Notes: a model not told the origin generated them from the letters alone. A stretch of 64,000 bases of DNA from Candidatus Kaelpia aquatica (GCA_030765335.1 JAVCCU010000001.1:456-64455); one strand, 5' to 3'; shown: positions 19,838 to 29,575, counted from the stretch's first letter. A program made the numbers and translations.

Positions 19838-21094
19838 TTAAAACAGTTTTTCCTGTTTCTCTATAATTTTGACAGGGCTACCCGCAGAAAGTTTTTTCAT
19901 TCCCGGTGTCTCTGTGACAATTAGATCGCTTTCTTGAAGACCTTTTTTAATAACAGCAAAGTCAGTCGTAATATGCTCAACAGAGATTTGACGGTATGCT
20001 ACTTTACCCTCTTCTACAATCGCGGCATAATAAGCCCCCTGCTGTATCGAGACAGAAGAACTTGGAATAACATAAGCATCTTTTTTTCTAAATACAGCGA
20101 CAGATGCCCGCGCAAACATTCCGGGCCTAAGAAGCTTTCCTGGATCAAGCACCCGCATACGCACATTAAGCGTCCGTGTTCTTTCATCCACTTCAGGAAA
20201 CAGTATTTCTACATAACCAAAGAAAACTCTTGTCGGATAAGTATCTACTTTGATTTTTACTTTCTGTCCTGATTTAATCTTAAAAATATCTCTCTCTATG
20301 ATCCCTGCCTCTACAAACGTATTATCCGGGTCTATAAACTTGCAGATCACATCATTAGATGTAATGAACTCCCCTACCTCTTTCTCTTTTTTACCTATAA
20401 CACCATCCTGCGGAGCTTTTAATTGCAGCTTCTCTAATTTCAACTTGCTCAGCTCCAGCTCTTTATTGCTGACTGCTACTTTAGCTTTAGCAACATCGGT
20501 CTCAGCCTGCACTTGATCCAGCCTATCTTTGATAATTGCACCCAACCCATAAAGCCTTTTAACCGTCTCATATCTTTTAAGAGCTGCTTTATACTCTGCC
20601 TCTGAAGCCTGCAATTTTGCTTGTGTCCATTGGATCTCTAAATTAACATCTTTGGGGTCAAGAGCTGCAAGAAGATCATTCCTCTTAATCGCTTCGCCTT
20701 CTTTAAAATTGGCGCTCTTTAGCACACCGTTTGTTTCAAACTTAAGCTCAAGTATTGGAAGATTTCTAACTGTACCGGCCACGAATAACTCATCTGTAAA
20801 ATCAACCGGCTTCAGCTCATAGGCTTTAATCGGAACTTCTTCCTGGGATTGCTGTGGAAATAGCGAAGAGATATCTTGAGGTTTCTTCTCTGTAGAGCTC
20901 TTCTTTTTTGGTCCTTCTATTAACCGCTCTTTTTCTCCTTGGGCTAGGGGCTTGTCATCTTTATCTTGAGAATTAAAAAGTCTCTGTACCCCTAAAAATA
21001 GAAAGGCTATGATAACTACGTTCACGACAATAAATACAATCTTTCTTGGAGCAAAAAACTGTCTTACTTTAGATAAATCTAAAATTTTTTTCAT
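19838..21094 (-). CDS. RND periplasmic adaptor (membrane fusion protein)
   Basis: N-terminal TM; lipoyl halves (FETNGVL..FKEGE, LKAPQDGVI), alpha hairpin and LRPGMFA. Confidence 0.93.
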   Translation of the reverse strand: MKKILDLSKVRQFFAPRKIVFIVVNVVIIAFLFLGVQRLFNSQDKDDKPLAQGEKERLIEGPKKKSSTEKKPQDISSLFPQQSQEEVPIKAYELKPVDFTDELFVAGTVRNLPILELKFETNGVLKSANFKEGEAIKRNDLLAALDPKDVNLEIQWTQAKLQASEAEYKAALKRYETVKRLYGLGAIIKDRLDQVQAETDVAKAKVAVSNKELELSKLKLEKLQLKAPQDGVIGKKEKEVGEFITSNDVICKFIDPDNTFVEAGIIERDIFKIKSGQKVKIKVDTYPTRVFFGYVEILFPEVDERTRTLNVRMRVLDPGKLLRPGMFARASVAVFRKKDAYVIPSSSVSIQQGAYYAAIVEEGKVAYRQISVEHITTDFAVIKKGLQESDLIVTETPGMKKLSAGSPVKIIEKQEKLF

Positions 21095-23334
21095 TGCATT
21101 ATCTCCACATTATCTCCGATTCTCAAACCCTTAAAATTATCCCCGATGCCTTTTTCCAAATAACAGGCTGATGTCCCTTCCTCTATACGAGCAGGTACAA
21201 GCAAAGCATACTCTCTACCATTGCGATAGACTACAACCTTGCTTGATGAAGTCAAACCTTTCACATCTCCGATATTAAGAATAGCCATTCCATACTGATT
21301 GTTGACTCCAATTATTCTACCCTCTATACCTGTTAAAGCTGCCTCTTTCCTCTCTTTTTTAAAATCCGGGAGCAAGAAAGGAGTATAACTTGCACTGGTA
21401 GGGGAGTTCTCGCCAAAGTCCTCCCAAGCAGCTATTACCGGCCTGCTGGTTGTTAAACTTAAAAAGCTTTCAACTTCACATGCTTTAGAAAGACCAGAAA
21501 GAGCCATATAATAACCTATTAAAGCACGGTTATAATTTACTTTTTCGTTAGCATAATCTAAATATGATTGCATTAGTGCTGTTATATCCGCTTCTTCTAT
21601 TTTCATCTTACCTTCTGTTACCTTTAATCGCTTATTCAAGAAATCCAGTTTATTCAAAGATGTTTCTATTTGAAAAAGAGAAGATATGTAATTTGCATAA
21701 GACTTACCAACTTCAGCAACAATAGTCTCTTCAGATTCAAGCTCTTCGTTTAAAGACTTAAGATGCTCTATTTGAGCGGTGCTTATATCCGCAATGCTAC
21801 TCAATCTGTCTACCAAAGAAAACTCCGTTGATCTTGTAAGAGATTCGGTTGTCTCTGACAGACTAAAACCGCCTGCCGGTCTGCTCTGTTTTGTTACAGA
21901 ACTACTCAATGTACTTGTACCTATAGGCTTCGTCACTTTTAACCCTACATACCAACTATCCCTGAAAACCTCATCTTCTGTTTCATAGCCTTCAGCCATC
22001 TGACCAATTTTACCCGTAAAGCTCACTCGACACCTATTTTTAGCTTTTGCTATCTGTTGATTTAAATTGTTAAAATGACTTACCAATTGCCTGATTCGCA
22101 GTTCGGAGCGTCTTGTCTTAGCAATCTCTAGTGCCTTATCCATATCAATGTTGACTCTTTCAAAAGGCAGCCAATTAACAAAATTTATCTCTTCATCTTC
22201 TGGTATATTTAAAACTTGTCTAAAAGAAAGTTCCGCTAAAGAGAGTTCTTTTTGAGCTGATATGAAAAAAAACTTGACCTGATGATAGGAGGATGTTAAC
22301 TGCTTATACTCTAATTCTGTAATTAGATGCTGCTGATAGAGTACTTCTCCTAAAGCAATGATCTTGTTAGCCTCCTCAAGAAGCTTATTAAAAGTATCCC
22401 AGTTCATCCTATTCAACACAACATTGTAGTAGCTTCTTTTTAATTCCAAGGCATAATCGGCATAAAGCCTCTTATGTTCATAGAGCGAAAGTTCTTTGTT
22501 TATCTCGGCTTGCTCAATTTTATACCTTAATTCACCGCCATAAGATATAGGCTGCTCTAACTCTAATTCGTATGATTTCGAAAAAATACCAACATCTTCG
22601 ACAGAAGTACCGATTGTATCGATAACTCTGATTATAGCGTTAGGAAAAAGCTGCCGCTTGGCCTCTCTTTGCTTGAGCTGTGCAAGTTCATATTGACTCT
22701 GGGCAACTTTTAGATCCCTGTAGTTTTCTGCTCCAATCTCTAACCATGGCCGCCAACCCCAGATTGCCTCCTGCCATTCTTGTTCATTTTTAGGACCAAT
22801 ACGCTTATTTGGCATAAAACTAAATGCTTTAGGAAGATCTGCTGCTTTATCCACAACTTTATCCACAAAAGCCTCTCTGATAGATGGAAATTTAATATCT
22901 ATACTCTTTTTGTTTAACAGCACATCGTACTTACTCGTTTTGCTCATGGCAAACTTTATACCATCCACTTTCCCAGGCTTATCAGCAGTTGGCTCATAGC
23001 CTGGATAAAACTCCACTTCCACATATTCTAACCCAGGTAAGTCAATATCTGTTTTTAACTTATGCATACAAAGAATATTACTACCAATAAGATCAAAAAA
23101 AAGATATTGATTATCTTTAATCCAATATGCGAAATAAGTAGGAGATTGATTGAAATTAAATTTTAAAGTAAATACGCCATCTTGAAATACCTTTTCAATG
23201 CTATTCAAGCTAACCGTATCATCAGAATATGATACGGTTATTTGCAACAATGATACGGTTAGCAGTAACCATATCATAAATGATATGGATAGCTTTCTTG
23301 CTGCTACTTTTGAAACTAATTTATATATAACCAT
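21091..23334 (-). CDS. TolC-family outer membrane protein with extra N-terminal (AMIN-like) and C-terminal (FlgT_C-like) domains
   Basis: Two OEP repeats (LFP...LEQPISYGG...LKRSYYNV; RSELR...VGKSYANY); about 150 aa N-terminal beta domain; C-terminal GRIIGVNNQYGMAILNIG...RIGDNVE. The start codon is uncertain. Confidence 0.85.
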   Translation of the reverse strand: MVIYKLVSKVAARKLSISFMIWLLLTVSLLQITVSYSDDTVSLNSIEKVFQDGVFTLKFNFNQSPTYFAYWIKDNQYLFFDLIGSNILCMHKLKTDIDLPGLEYVEVEFYPGYEPTADKPGKVDGIKFAMSKTSKYDVLLNKKSIDIKFPSIREAFVDKVVDKAADLPKAFSFMPNKRIGPKNEQEWQEAIWGWRPWLEIGAENYRDLKVAQSQYELAQLKQREAKRQLFPNAIIRVIDTIGTSVEDVGIFSKSYELELEQPISYGGELRYKIEQAEINKELSLYEHKRLYADYALELKRSYYNVVLNRMNWDTFNKLLEEANKIIALGEVLYQQHLITELEYKQLTSSYHQVKFFFISAQKELSLAELSFRQVLNIPEDEEINFVNWLPFERVNIDMDKALEIAKTRRSELRIRQLVSHFNNLNQQIAKAKNRCRVSFTGKIGQMAEGYETEDEVFRDSWYVGLKVTKPIGTSTLSSSVTKQSRPAGGFSLSETTESLTRSTEFSLVDRLSSIADISTAQIEHLKSLNEELESEETIVAEVGKSYANYISSLFQIETSLNKLDFLNKRLKVTEGKMKIEEADITALMQSYLDYANEKVNYNRALIGYYMALSGLSKACEVESFLSLTTSRPVIAAWEDFGENSPTSASYTPFLLPDFKKERKEAALTGIEGRIIGVNNQYGMAILNIGDVKGLTSSSKVVVYRNGREYALLVPARIEEGTSACYLEKGIGDNFKGLRIGDNVEIMQ
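22847..22867 (+). promoter_or_regulatory. Tandem perfect DnaA boxes inside tolC
   Basis: TTATCCACA-act-TTATCCACA. Confidence 0.55.
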
Positions 23335-23350
23335 ATCATAACCGTATCAT
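23212..23350. repeat. Cluster of 7 ATGATACGGTT-type 11-mers in both orientations
   Basis: Exact copies at 23212, 23229, 23250 and 23340; variants at 23267 and 23329 (AACCATATCAT) and 23280 (ATGATATGGAT). Confidence 0.9.
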
Positions 23351-23354
23351 TTAG

Positions 23355-23383
23355 AATTTCTCAAAAATAGCTTCTATTGTCAA
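23355..23383 (-). promoter_or_regulatory. Putative promoter of the tolC-MFP-RND operon
   Basis: Perfect TTGACA, 17 nt spacer and weak -10 (TGa-GAAATT). The repeat array starts 5 nt downstream. Confidence 0.5.
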
Positions 23384-23422
23384 GTAGAAAATGCCGCAAA
23401 CAAAGGGATTGAACTGCAGATA

Positions 23423-24133
23423 TTAGTCTGAAACCTGATTTATGTCGATTAAATAGTCCTGCCTTGCAAGGATATGAGCAACACGTTCAAGCTCTTTTAT
23501 CAGTCTTTCTTTTTCCTTGGGATCTTTCAGGGGAGGGATTTTTATGACTATCTTGTTTTGCCCAAAGATTATACTTATCAATACATCTATTTCTCGTTCT
23601 TCAGGAGTCTTACTCTCTTCTTGAATATCCTGTTCGGTTTTTTCTTCTTCGCTAATAAATACATCTTCTTTTGTCTGCACCTTAATCCTAAGGCCGTATT
23701 TATGCGCAGGCAGATCCTCTCTCTGTCTATTTGCAGCATCTTTAAGAATTAAAGGTAGCGCCTCTTCTATCTCCCTTGCAATCCTCGCCACATCAACTGC
23801 ATGTTCAATTTCAGAAACACCCTCCTCAAATTCTAACTCGATTGTCTCGATTCCAAAAATAGATTCCGGCATTATGTAGAGATAAAAATCGCTGCCCATG
23901 GGTGATACAATATCTCCTGCCTGCTGAGGAGCCATGTAAGGAAAATGATAGACTTCGCTCTCTATCTTCTTCAAAGGCGTATACGCAGATTTACCGTATT
24001 CACTCCCTAAACTATAATCCCAACTATTTTCATTACCCTGCGCAAAGGATATAGAGGACTGTAAGAACATGATAACCAAAAACAGAAAGCTAACTCTGAG
24101 GATCGAAACTCGCTTCAGAAAATATATGTTCAT
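23423..24133 (-). CDS. Secreted/membrane hypothetical protein
   Basis: 236-aa ORF with a signal-peptide-like N-terminus; no family recognised. Confidence 0.7.
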   Translation of the reverse strand: MNIYFLKRVSILRVSFLFLVIMFLQSSISFAQGNENSWDYSLGSEYGKSAYTPLKKIESEVYHFPYMAPQQAGDIVSPMGSDFYLYIMPESIFGIETIELEFEEGVSEIEHAVDVARIAREIEEALPLILKDAANRQREDLPAHKYGLRIKVQTKEDVFISEEEKTEQDIQEESKTPEEREIDVLISIIFGQNKIVIKIPPLKDPKEKERLIKELERVAHILARQDYLIDINQVSD

Positions 24134-24181
24134 AGTTGCTATCTTAACAAACGGCGGCTTATAATGCTACAATTTTCAAGA

Positions 24182-25726
24182 TTAAATATCAATGGCTTCT
24201 GGGTAGAAGACAGGGGCATTCTGAACTTGAAGATTATTATTATCACTCGCTGACCAATATTGAGCAAGAACATTGGTACGGGCTGCCTCATAGTCCATGC
24301 CTTGATTTATAACTTGTTCTGTAATCTCCTGGACTGCGTTGGCAAATTTTTCTGATGTTATATCACCTAAAATTCTTGCAACCTCTTCGTCTTGAAAAGC
24401 ACGCCACATTACCTGCCCATATTGTATCGCATCTTCAAGTGAACCTTCGCCTAAAGTCAGGCTAAAATTCACCGATTCTATGGTAGCAAGCTTAGTCAAA
24501 GGATCATATTCTAATATTTTACTTATGGAAATTGTATTATAACTTACCGTTCCATCTTTGGATTCTATATGAGAAACGCTTAAAATCTCCGACGCTCTAT
24601 CAAATTCATCGTATTGATAATATTGAAGAGATGTAGTAATTAAATCAGGAGATTGATCATCGTTAAAGCGTGTTATTTCAAGTACTTGAGGCATATATTC
24701 TATATCGCCATCTTCATTGACAGATAAATAAAACTCTTTTATATCAACAGTCTCTTCATAACTACGAGTATATTCTCCAAGCAAAGATTCAGTAACTTTT
24801 CTATGATAACTTCTAGTCTCTCTCAGATTAAAATCCATCTCCAAAACATTTTGATAAAAATTTGTAATAACTCCTGTCTCTAAATTTTCTATCTCCTGAT
24901 ACAATTTAACCACATAGCCAAATGCATTGGATTCTTTATTATTAACCCCCCACCACTGACCTGCATTTTCAAGATTCTTTACATAATTATAACTATCTTT
25001 ATATACAACAAACTCTATTTCTGGGTTATCATCATCCTGCGCATATGTAGGCCTACTTGTTTTAGAAAATGTCCAATCCATAAAATGTTTCTCTTCATCT
25101 CTTAATGCAACCTGTATTGGTATCAATGTGTCCGGGCCGCCAAGTTTATCGTTTGATATGCTGTGATTAAAAGTTATTGAAAACTTTTTTTTCTCATGCT
25201 GACCAGATGTCTCTGCTATTCTTTTTAAAGCCTCTTCTATATCTTTATCTGTAACACCTTTTTGTTGTGTCGCATACTTCTCGATAAGCCGTTTTGCAAT
25301 CTCTGCATTTGTTCCATTAAAAGATATTGCCCCATTCTTACCCACGCTTCTACTAGGACCAGCAGCCTTGATTGGAGCAAAAAATTGATCGATGCGCATT
25401 TTTTCAAACTCTCTGGTTCTATTTCTTGTGTAAGCAATCATCTGTAACGATGCGCTTAAATTTTGATAGCTACTGCGCACCTGTTCCCCTGATTTTTTTC
25501 CTATCAATAAACTCCTTATGTTCTCCTCTCTACTTTCTAGCTCTGCAAGAGATAATGCAACAGCGTCGGCGTAAACCTCCGCGGCTGAACTAGGCGATGA
25601 CACACCCATAGGCTCCTCTTCCCCTGAACCACCATAGGCGTTTACATCCGCAGAGAACATACAACAGATAGATACCGTTATTAGGCCAAAAATTAATTCT
25701 TTTAAAAAGTCTTTTTTCTTGTTCAT
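24182..25726 (-). CDS. Secreted hypothetical protein
   Basis: 514-aa ORF with signal peptide; beta-rich C-terminal half with YD-like motifs (YQYDEFDR, EYDPLTK). Confidence 0.7.
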   Translation of the reverse strand: MNKKKDFLKELIFGLITVSICCMFSADVNAYGGSGEEEPMGVSSPSSAAEVYADAVALSLAELESREENIRSLLIGKKSGEQVRSSYQNLSASLQMIAYTRNRTREFEKMRIDQFFAPIKAAGPSRSVGKNGAISFNGTNAEIAKRLIEKYATQQKGVTDKDIEEALKRIAETSGQHEKKKFSITFNHSISNDKLGGPDTLIPIQVALRDEEKHFMDWTFSKTSRPTYAQDDDNPEIEFVVYKDSYNYVKNLENAGQWWGVNNKESNAFGYVVKLYQEIENLETGVITNFYQNVLEMDFNLRETRSYHRKVTESLLGEYTRSYEETVDIKEFYLSVNEDGDIEYMPQVLEITRFNDDQSPDLITTSLQYYQYDEFDRASEILSVSHIESKDGTVSYNTISISKILEYDPLTKLATIESVNFSLTLGEGSLEDAIQYGQVMWRAFQDEEVARILGDITSEKFANAVQEITEQVINQGMDYEAARTNVLAQYWSASDNNNLQVQNAPVFYPEAIDI

Positions 25727-25772
25727 GATGCATTTATACCATATCTTTTACTAAAAAGCAAATAAGAGCATC

Positions 25773-26345
25773 TTATTTTAGATAAAAATCATCTATATAG
25801 CAACGTCCCGCTTCTATACTGGTATATCGTTTATCTATAAATATGTTTATTTCTACTATATTAGAGAATTTTTTATCTTTTAGACTATTTAGCGACATCT
25901 CTACCTTACCCCACTCACCAGAGATTTGAGAGCTCATCTTTGTGACTCTATTACCAAATTTATCTTCTATTGTGATCCCTACTATTTTAGAAAACCCTAG
26001 CGTTGACTCTCCTTTAATCCAAAACCCGAGTAAGTCATATCCGCTAAAATCATGCTCTGAAACATCTAACCACAAGCCTCCTACAAGATCTGCTCCAGAC
26101 CTAAAATCATAATCAAGAGCTATGGCTTGACCTTCTTCTCCTATTCGGATGCGATCTTGGAGCTCAGCTTTGAAACTCACCTGCTTATCATCAGATACCG
26201 CCTCCCATGCTCCGCCCTTATATTCATCTGCATTAAAATCCTGCAAGATAAAGGCCTGCTCTTTAGGCTTTGAAAAGCCACCAGCTACATTAGTACAGCT
26301 ATAGAACATTGTAGAGATAATTATTATACATATAGACTTTCTCAT
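25773..26345 (-). CDS. CBM11/CIA30-like lipoprotein
   Basis: Lipobox-like FYSC; LQDFN, GGAWE, LDYDF, DFSGYD, FWIKG and YIDDFYL, the same module family as 8900..9475. Confidence 0.75.
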   Translation of the reverse strand: MRKSICIIIISTMFYSCTNVAGGFSKPKEQAFILQDFNADEYKGGAWEAVSDDKQVSFKAELQDRIRIGEEGQAIALDYDFRSGADLVGGLWLDVSEHDFSGYDLLGFWIKGESTLGFSKIVGITIEDKFGNRVTKMSSQISGEWGKVEMSLNSLKDKKFSNIVEINIFIDKRYTSIEAGRCYIDDFYLK

Positions 26346-26962
26346 TGTTTTACCACAATCCGCGGTTCCTTGATGGAGTAACTGCCTATGCCATCACGAT
26401 CACTGCCTTTAGGTACAACTATTTTGATGCTCTCTATGTCCGCAATTGCCTTAATCTCAAAAAGGACCAAAGGTATTAAGATAAGCGTAGGGCCCTTAAG
26501 TTTTGCATTTAATATTTTAGAGCGGCTTTTGTCTTTTAACCCAATCTGAATATCTAAAGACCTAGGCCCTTTTTTACTCGGCAAAACTACCATCTCTAGA
26601 GCATAGTCTTTGGCTTCTTCGCCAGGCATCTCCTGAGGTAAAAATATCTCACACTCCGGCATGCGCCTAGGTAAAGAGAAATAGCTTATACTTAGAACTC
26701 TGCTCTCTCTATCAATGCCGGCAGTCATAAAACCCAAAGAGCCTATCTTGGTCGTAATCCATCTTTTAGAGTCTTCCTGAAAAAGAAAGTCAAAACTATA
26801 TGCAACCTTGGATTTAAAATCGAAATCAGGATACTCTTGGTGAAGTTCAGGATTAACTATAATGGCTTGAGGTAAAGTGAAGACGATGCTCTGGTTTTCT
26901 TCAGCAAAGCATAGAGAGCATAGAGCTAAAACAGTAACAAACACGCTGTTTTTTATTCCCAT
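26342..26962 (-). CDS. Secreted hypothetical protein (possible beta-sandwich)
   Basis: Signal peptide; translationally coupled (4-bp overlap) to the CBM lipoprotein gene. Confidence 0.65.
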   Translation of the reverse strand: MGIKNSVFVTVLALCSLCFAEENQSIVFTLPQAIIVNPELHQEYPDFDFKSKVAYSFDFLFQEDSKRWITTKIGSLGFMTAGIDRESRVLSISYFSLPRRMPECEIFLPQEMPGEEAKDYALEMVVLPSKKGPRSLDIQIGLKDKSRSKILNAKLKGPTLILIPLVLFEIKAIADIESIKIVVPKGSDRDGIGSYSIKEPRIVVKQ

Positions 26963-27000
26963 AATAACCTCATCAATATTCTAACATCTGCATAGAGATT

Positions 27001-27693
27001 TTACAAACCTCTATTACCATTTAACAATACAACCATCTCGCCCTTTAATTTAACTTGATTGCACTCTATACGCTTTAGGAGTTCTGATGTTTTACAACGT
27101 AGCAACTCTTCATAAATCTTTGTTAACTCTCTGGCTAAGCAGAGATCTCTATCGCCCATTACAGCTAAAACATCTCTTAATAGTTTTTCTATCCTGTGAG
27201 GACTTTCATAAAATATGATAGTCCTAGAATCCTCTCTTAAAGCTTCAAGTCTCTGCTTTCTTTTACCGCTCTTGCGAGGTAGAAATCCTTCAAAAGTAAA
27301 TCTATCTGTAGCTAGACCTGAAGCTACTAATGCAGTTAAAAAGGCGCTGGGGCCAGGTATAGGTACAATATCTATACTGCATTTTAACGCCTCTTTTACA
27401 AGATAGAACCCGGGATCTGAGATCCCAGGAGTACCCGCATCGGAAATAAGAGCATAGGTAGCGCCCTCCTCTATCTTTTTTAAAACAGCTGGGGTCTTCT
27501 GCTCTTTATTGAAATCGTGAAAAGAGACTCTCGGAGTATCTATGCTATATCGATGGAATAATTTTTGAGCTCTACGCGTATCTTCACATAGAACAACCTC
27601 TACCTCTTTAAGAATCTCAAGGGCTCTAAGGGTAATATCCCCTAAATTCCCAATAGGAGTTCCGACCAAATAGAGTCTTCCTTTGCTGGACAT
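27001..27693 (-). CDS. rsmI: 16S rRNA (cytidine1402-2'-O)-methyltransferase
   Basis: Motifs LYLVGTPIGNLGDIT, CEDTR, SDAGTPGISDPG, FYESPHR and RELTKIYEE. Confidence 0.97.
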   Translation of the reverse strand: MSSKGRLYLVGTPIGNLGDITLRALEILKEVEVVLCEDTRRAQKLFHRYSIDTPRVSFHDFNKEQKTPAVLKKIEEGATYALISDAGTPGISDPGFYLVKEALKCSIDIVPIPGPSAFLTALVASGLATDRFTFEGFLPRKSGKRKQRLEALREDSRTIIFYESPHRIEKLLRDVLAVMGDRDLCLARELTKIYEELLRCKTSELLKRIECNQVKLKGEMVVLLNGNRGL

Positions 27694-27706
27694 TTGAAAT
27701 AAAAGA

Positions 27707-29521
27707 TTATTCTACAGTTACGCTCTTTGCAAGATTACGAGGCTTATCAACATCGCAGCCCTTTTTAAGCGCAATAAAATACGCTAAAAACTGCAGCGGC
27801 AGCGGAGTAAGCAGCACTGTGAGAGATTCTCGTATCTTGGGCATTTTAAGCGTTCTGAAACAGATTGATTCTGTTTCTAAATCATCCTCTGTTATAAGTC
27901 CTATCAGTTTCCCTTTTCTAGCTTTTATCTCAAGCATATTAGATAGCATCTTATCCCGCACTTTACCTGCAACAGATATGACCACCACTGGGAGCTGTTC
28001 TTCAATTAAAGCTATCGGACCATGCTTCATCTCCCCACCTGGATATCCTTCAGCATGAATATAAGATATCTCTTTCAGTTTTAAGGCCCCCTCTAAAGCA
28101 TTGGGGTAATTGATTCCTCGAGCTAAGTATAGAAAATTTGAAGATTGATACAGCTCTAACGCTAAATTTTGGATGCTATCTTTTTCGGCAATTATCTTCT
28201 CTAAATAGAGCGGCACCTTTTTCAAGTCCTGTATATAGCTCTTTAAAAATCCGGCGTCCTTAGCAAAGCGCAAGCTGGCTAACTTTAAAGCTAAGAGCTG
28301 TAAGACCATAATCTGAGCCAAATATGCTTTAGTCGAGGCCACGCCTATCTCAGGCCCGGCAACAGTATAGAGCACTTGATCGGATTCTCTGGCAATAGTT
28401 GAGCTCTCCACGTTAACCAAAGAGAGCGTTTTAAAATTAAACTCCTTAGCAAGGCGCAAGCTGGCTAATGTATCTGCAGTCTCACCCGATTGGGATATAG
28501 ATATAAAAAGCGTCTGCTCTTCAGGCACTGGATTTCTATACCGAAACTCACTTGAGGTGTCTACAGTAACTGCTATACCTGCCATATCCTCTATTAAGTA
28601 TTCGGCAATTAGGCCTGCATGGTAGGCTGTACCGCAGGCAACTATTACAATCCGCTTTATATCCTCAAAAAAGCTATCTTTGATCGGCAATTCAACCTGA
28701 TCCTGGCTTATATAATGTTTAATAATATTTTTTACTACCTCAGGCTGTTCGTATATCTCTTTAAGCATAAAATGCGAAAATCCATTTTTGCTAGCTAGAG
28801 ATGTAGCCAATTTTAACTCTGAAGGATTTTTAAGCCTCTCTTTACCGTTAAAATCTTTAATAGAAAAGCCGTCTTCTTTTACTATTGCCATCTCTCCATC
28901 GTCCAGATATATGACGAGCTGGGCCTCATCTATTAACGCTGTTGCATCTGAGGCAAGATAGTAACCATCTTTACCTATGCCCAGAAGTAAAGGGCTTAAC
29001 ATTCTGGCGGCAATAATTTTATCCGGCTCTCTCTCAGAAACTACCATTAAAGCATAGCTGCCCTCCAGTCTTGGCAAAACCTGCCGCACGGCCTCTTCTA
29101 AATCATCTGCATAATACTCCTCTATAAGATGCGCTATAACCTCAGTATCTGTATCTGATCTAAACTTGTGGCCATTTTTCAAAAGTTCGGTTTTAAGCTT
29201 TTGGTAGTTTTCAATAATACCATTATGCACAATGACAATCTCTTCTTTACAGTCCAAATGAGGGTGAGCATTACACTCGTTGACCTCACCATGAGTAGCC
29301 CAGCGTGTATGCCCTAAACCTAAGCCGCCCTTCATATCTAATGATTTGAGATTTTCTTTTAATACTTCAACCTTGCCAGGCTTTTTGACGGTTTGAAATC
29401 TTCCGTTATTCAATACAGATATGCCGGCAGAATCATAGCCTCTATATTCTAAGCGCTCTAAACCTTTTTCAAGAATCTTAAGAGCATCTTTCTTGCCTAA
29501 ATAGCCAACTATACCGCACAT
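27707..29521 (-). CDS. glmS: Glutamine-fructose-6-phosphate aminotransferase
   Basis: Motifs MCGIVG, LEYRGYDSAG, GHTRWATHG, SQSGETAD and PRNLAKSVTVE. Confidence 0.99.
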   Translation of the reverse strand: MCGIVGYLGKKDALKILEKGLERLEYRGYDSAGISVLNNGRFQTVKKPGKVEVLKENLKSLDMKGGLGLGHTRWATHGEVNECNAHPHLDCKEEIVIVHNGIIENYQKLKTELLKNGHKFRSDTDTEVIAHLIEEYYADDLEEAVRQVLPRLEGSYALMVVSEREPDKIIAARMLSPLLLGIGKDGYYLASDATALIDEAQLVIYLDDGEMAIVKEDGFSIKDFNGKERLKNPSELKLATSLASKNGFSHFMLKEIYEQPEVVKNIIKHYISQDQVELPIKDSFFEDIKRIVIVACGTAYHAGLIAEYLIEDMAGIAVTVDTSSEFRYRNPVPEEQTLFISISQSGETADTLASLRLAKEFNFKTLSLVNVESSTIARESDQVLYTVAGPEIGVASTKAYLAQIMVLQLLALKLASLRFAKDAGFLKSYIQDLKKVPLYLEKIIAEKDSIQNLALELYQSSNFLYLARGINYPNALEGALKLKEISYIHAEGYPGGEMKHGPIALIEEQLPVVVISVAGKVRDKMLSNMLEIKARKGKLIGLITEDDLETESICFRTLKMPKIRESLTVLLTPLPLQFLAYFIALKKGCDVDKPRNLAKSVTVE

Positions 29522-29575
29522 TTTTACCAGTACCCCCCTTTTTACCCGCTCCTTATCTTGCCGCTAATATTAACA

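Noticed and set aside
23212-23350. 11-mer array as a CRISPR array or transposon end
   Set aside because: Repeats are too short, in mixed orientation and irregularly spaced, with no cas or transposase genes. Kept instead as a binding-site array.
29522-29575. glmS ribozyme upstream of glmS
   Set aside because: Only about 54 nt separate the tRNA-Glu 3' end from the glmS start, and no ribozyme core is visible.
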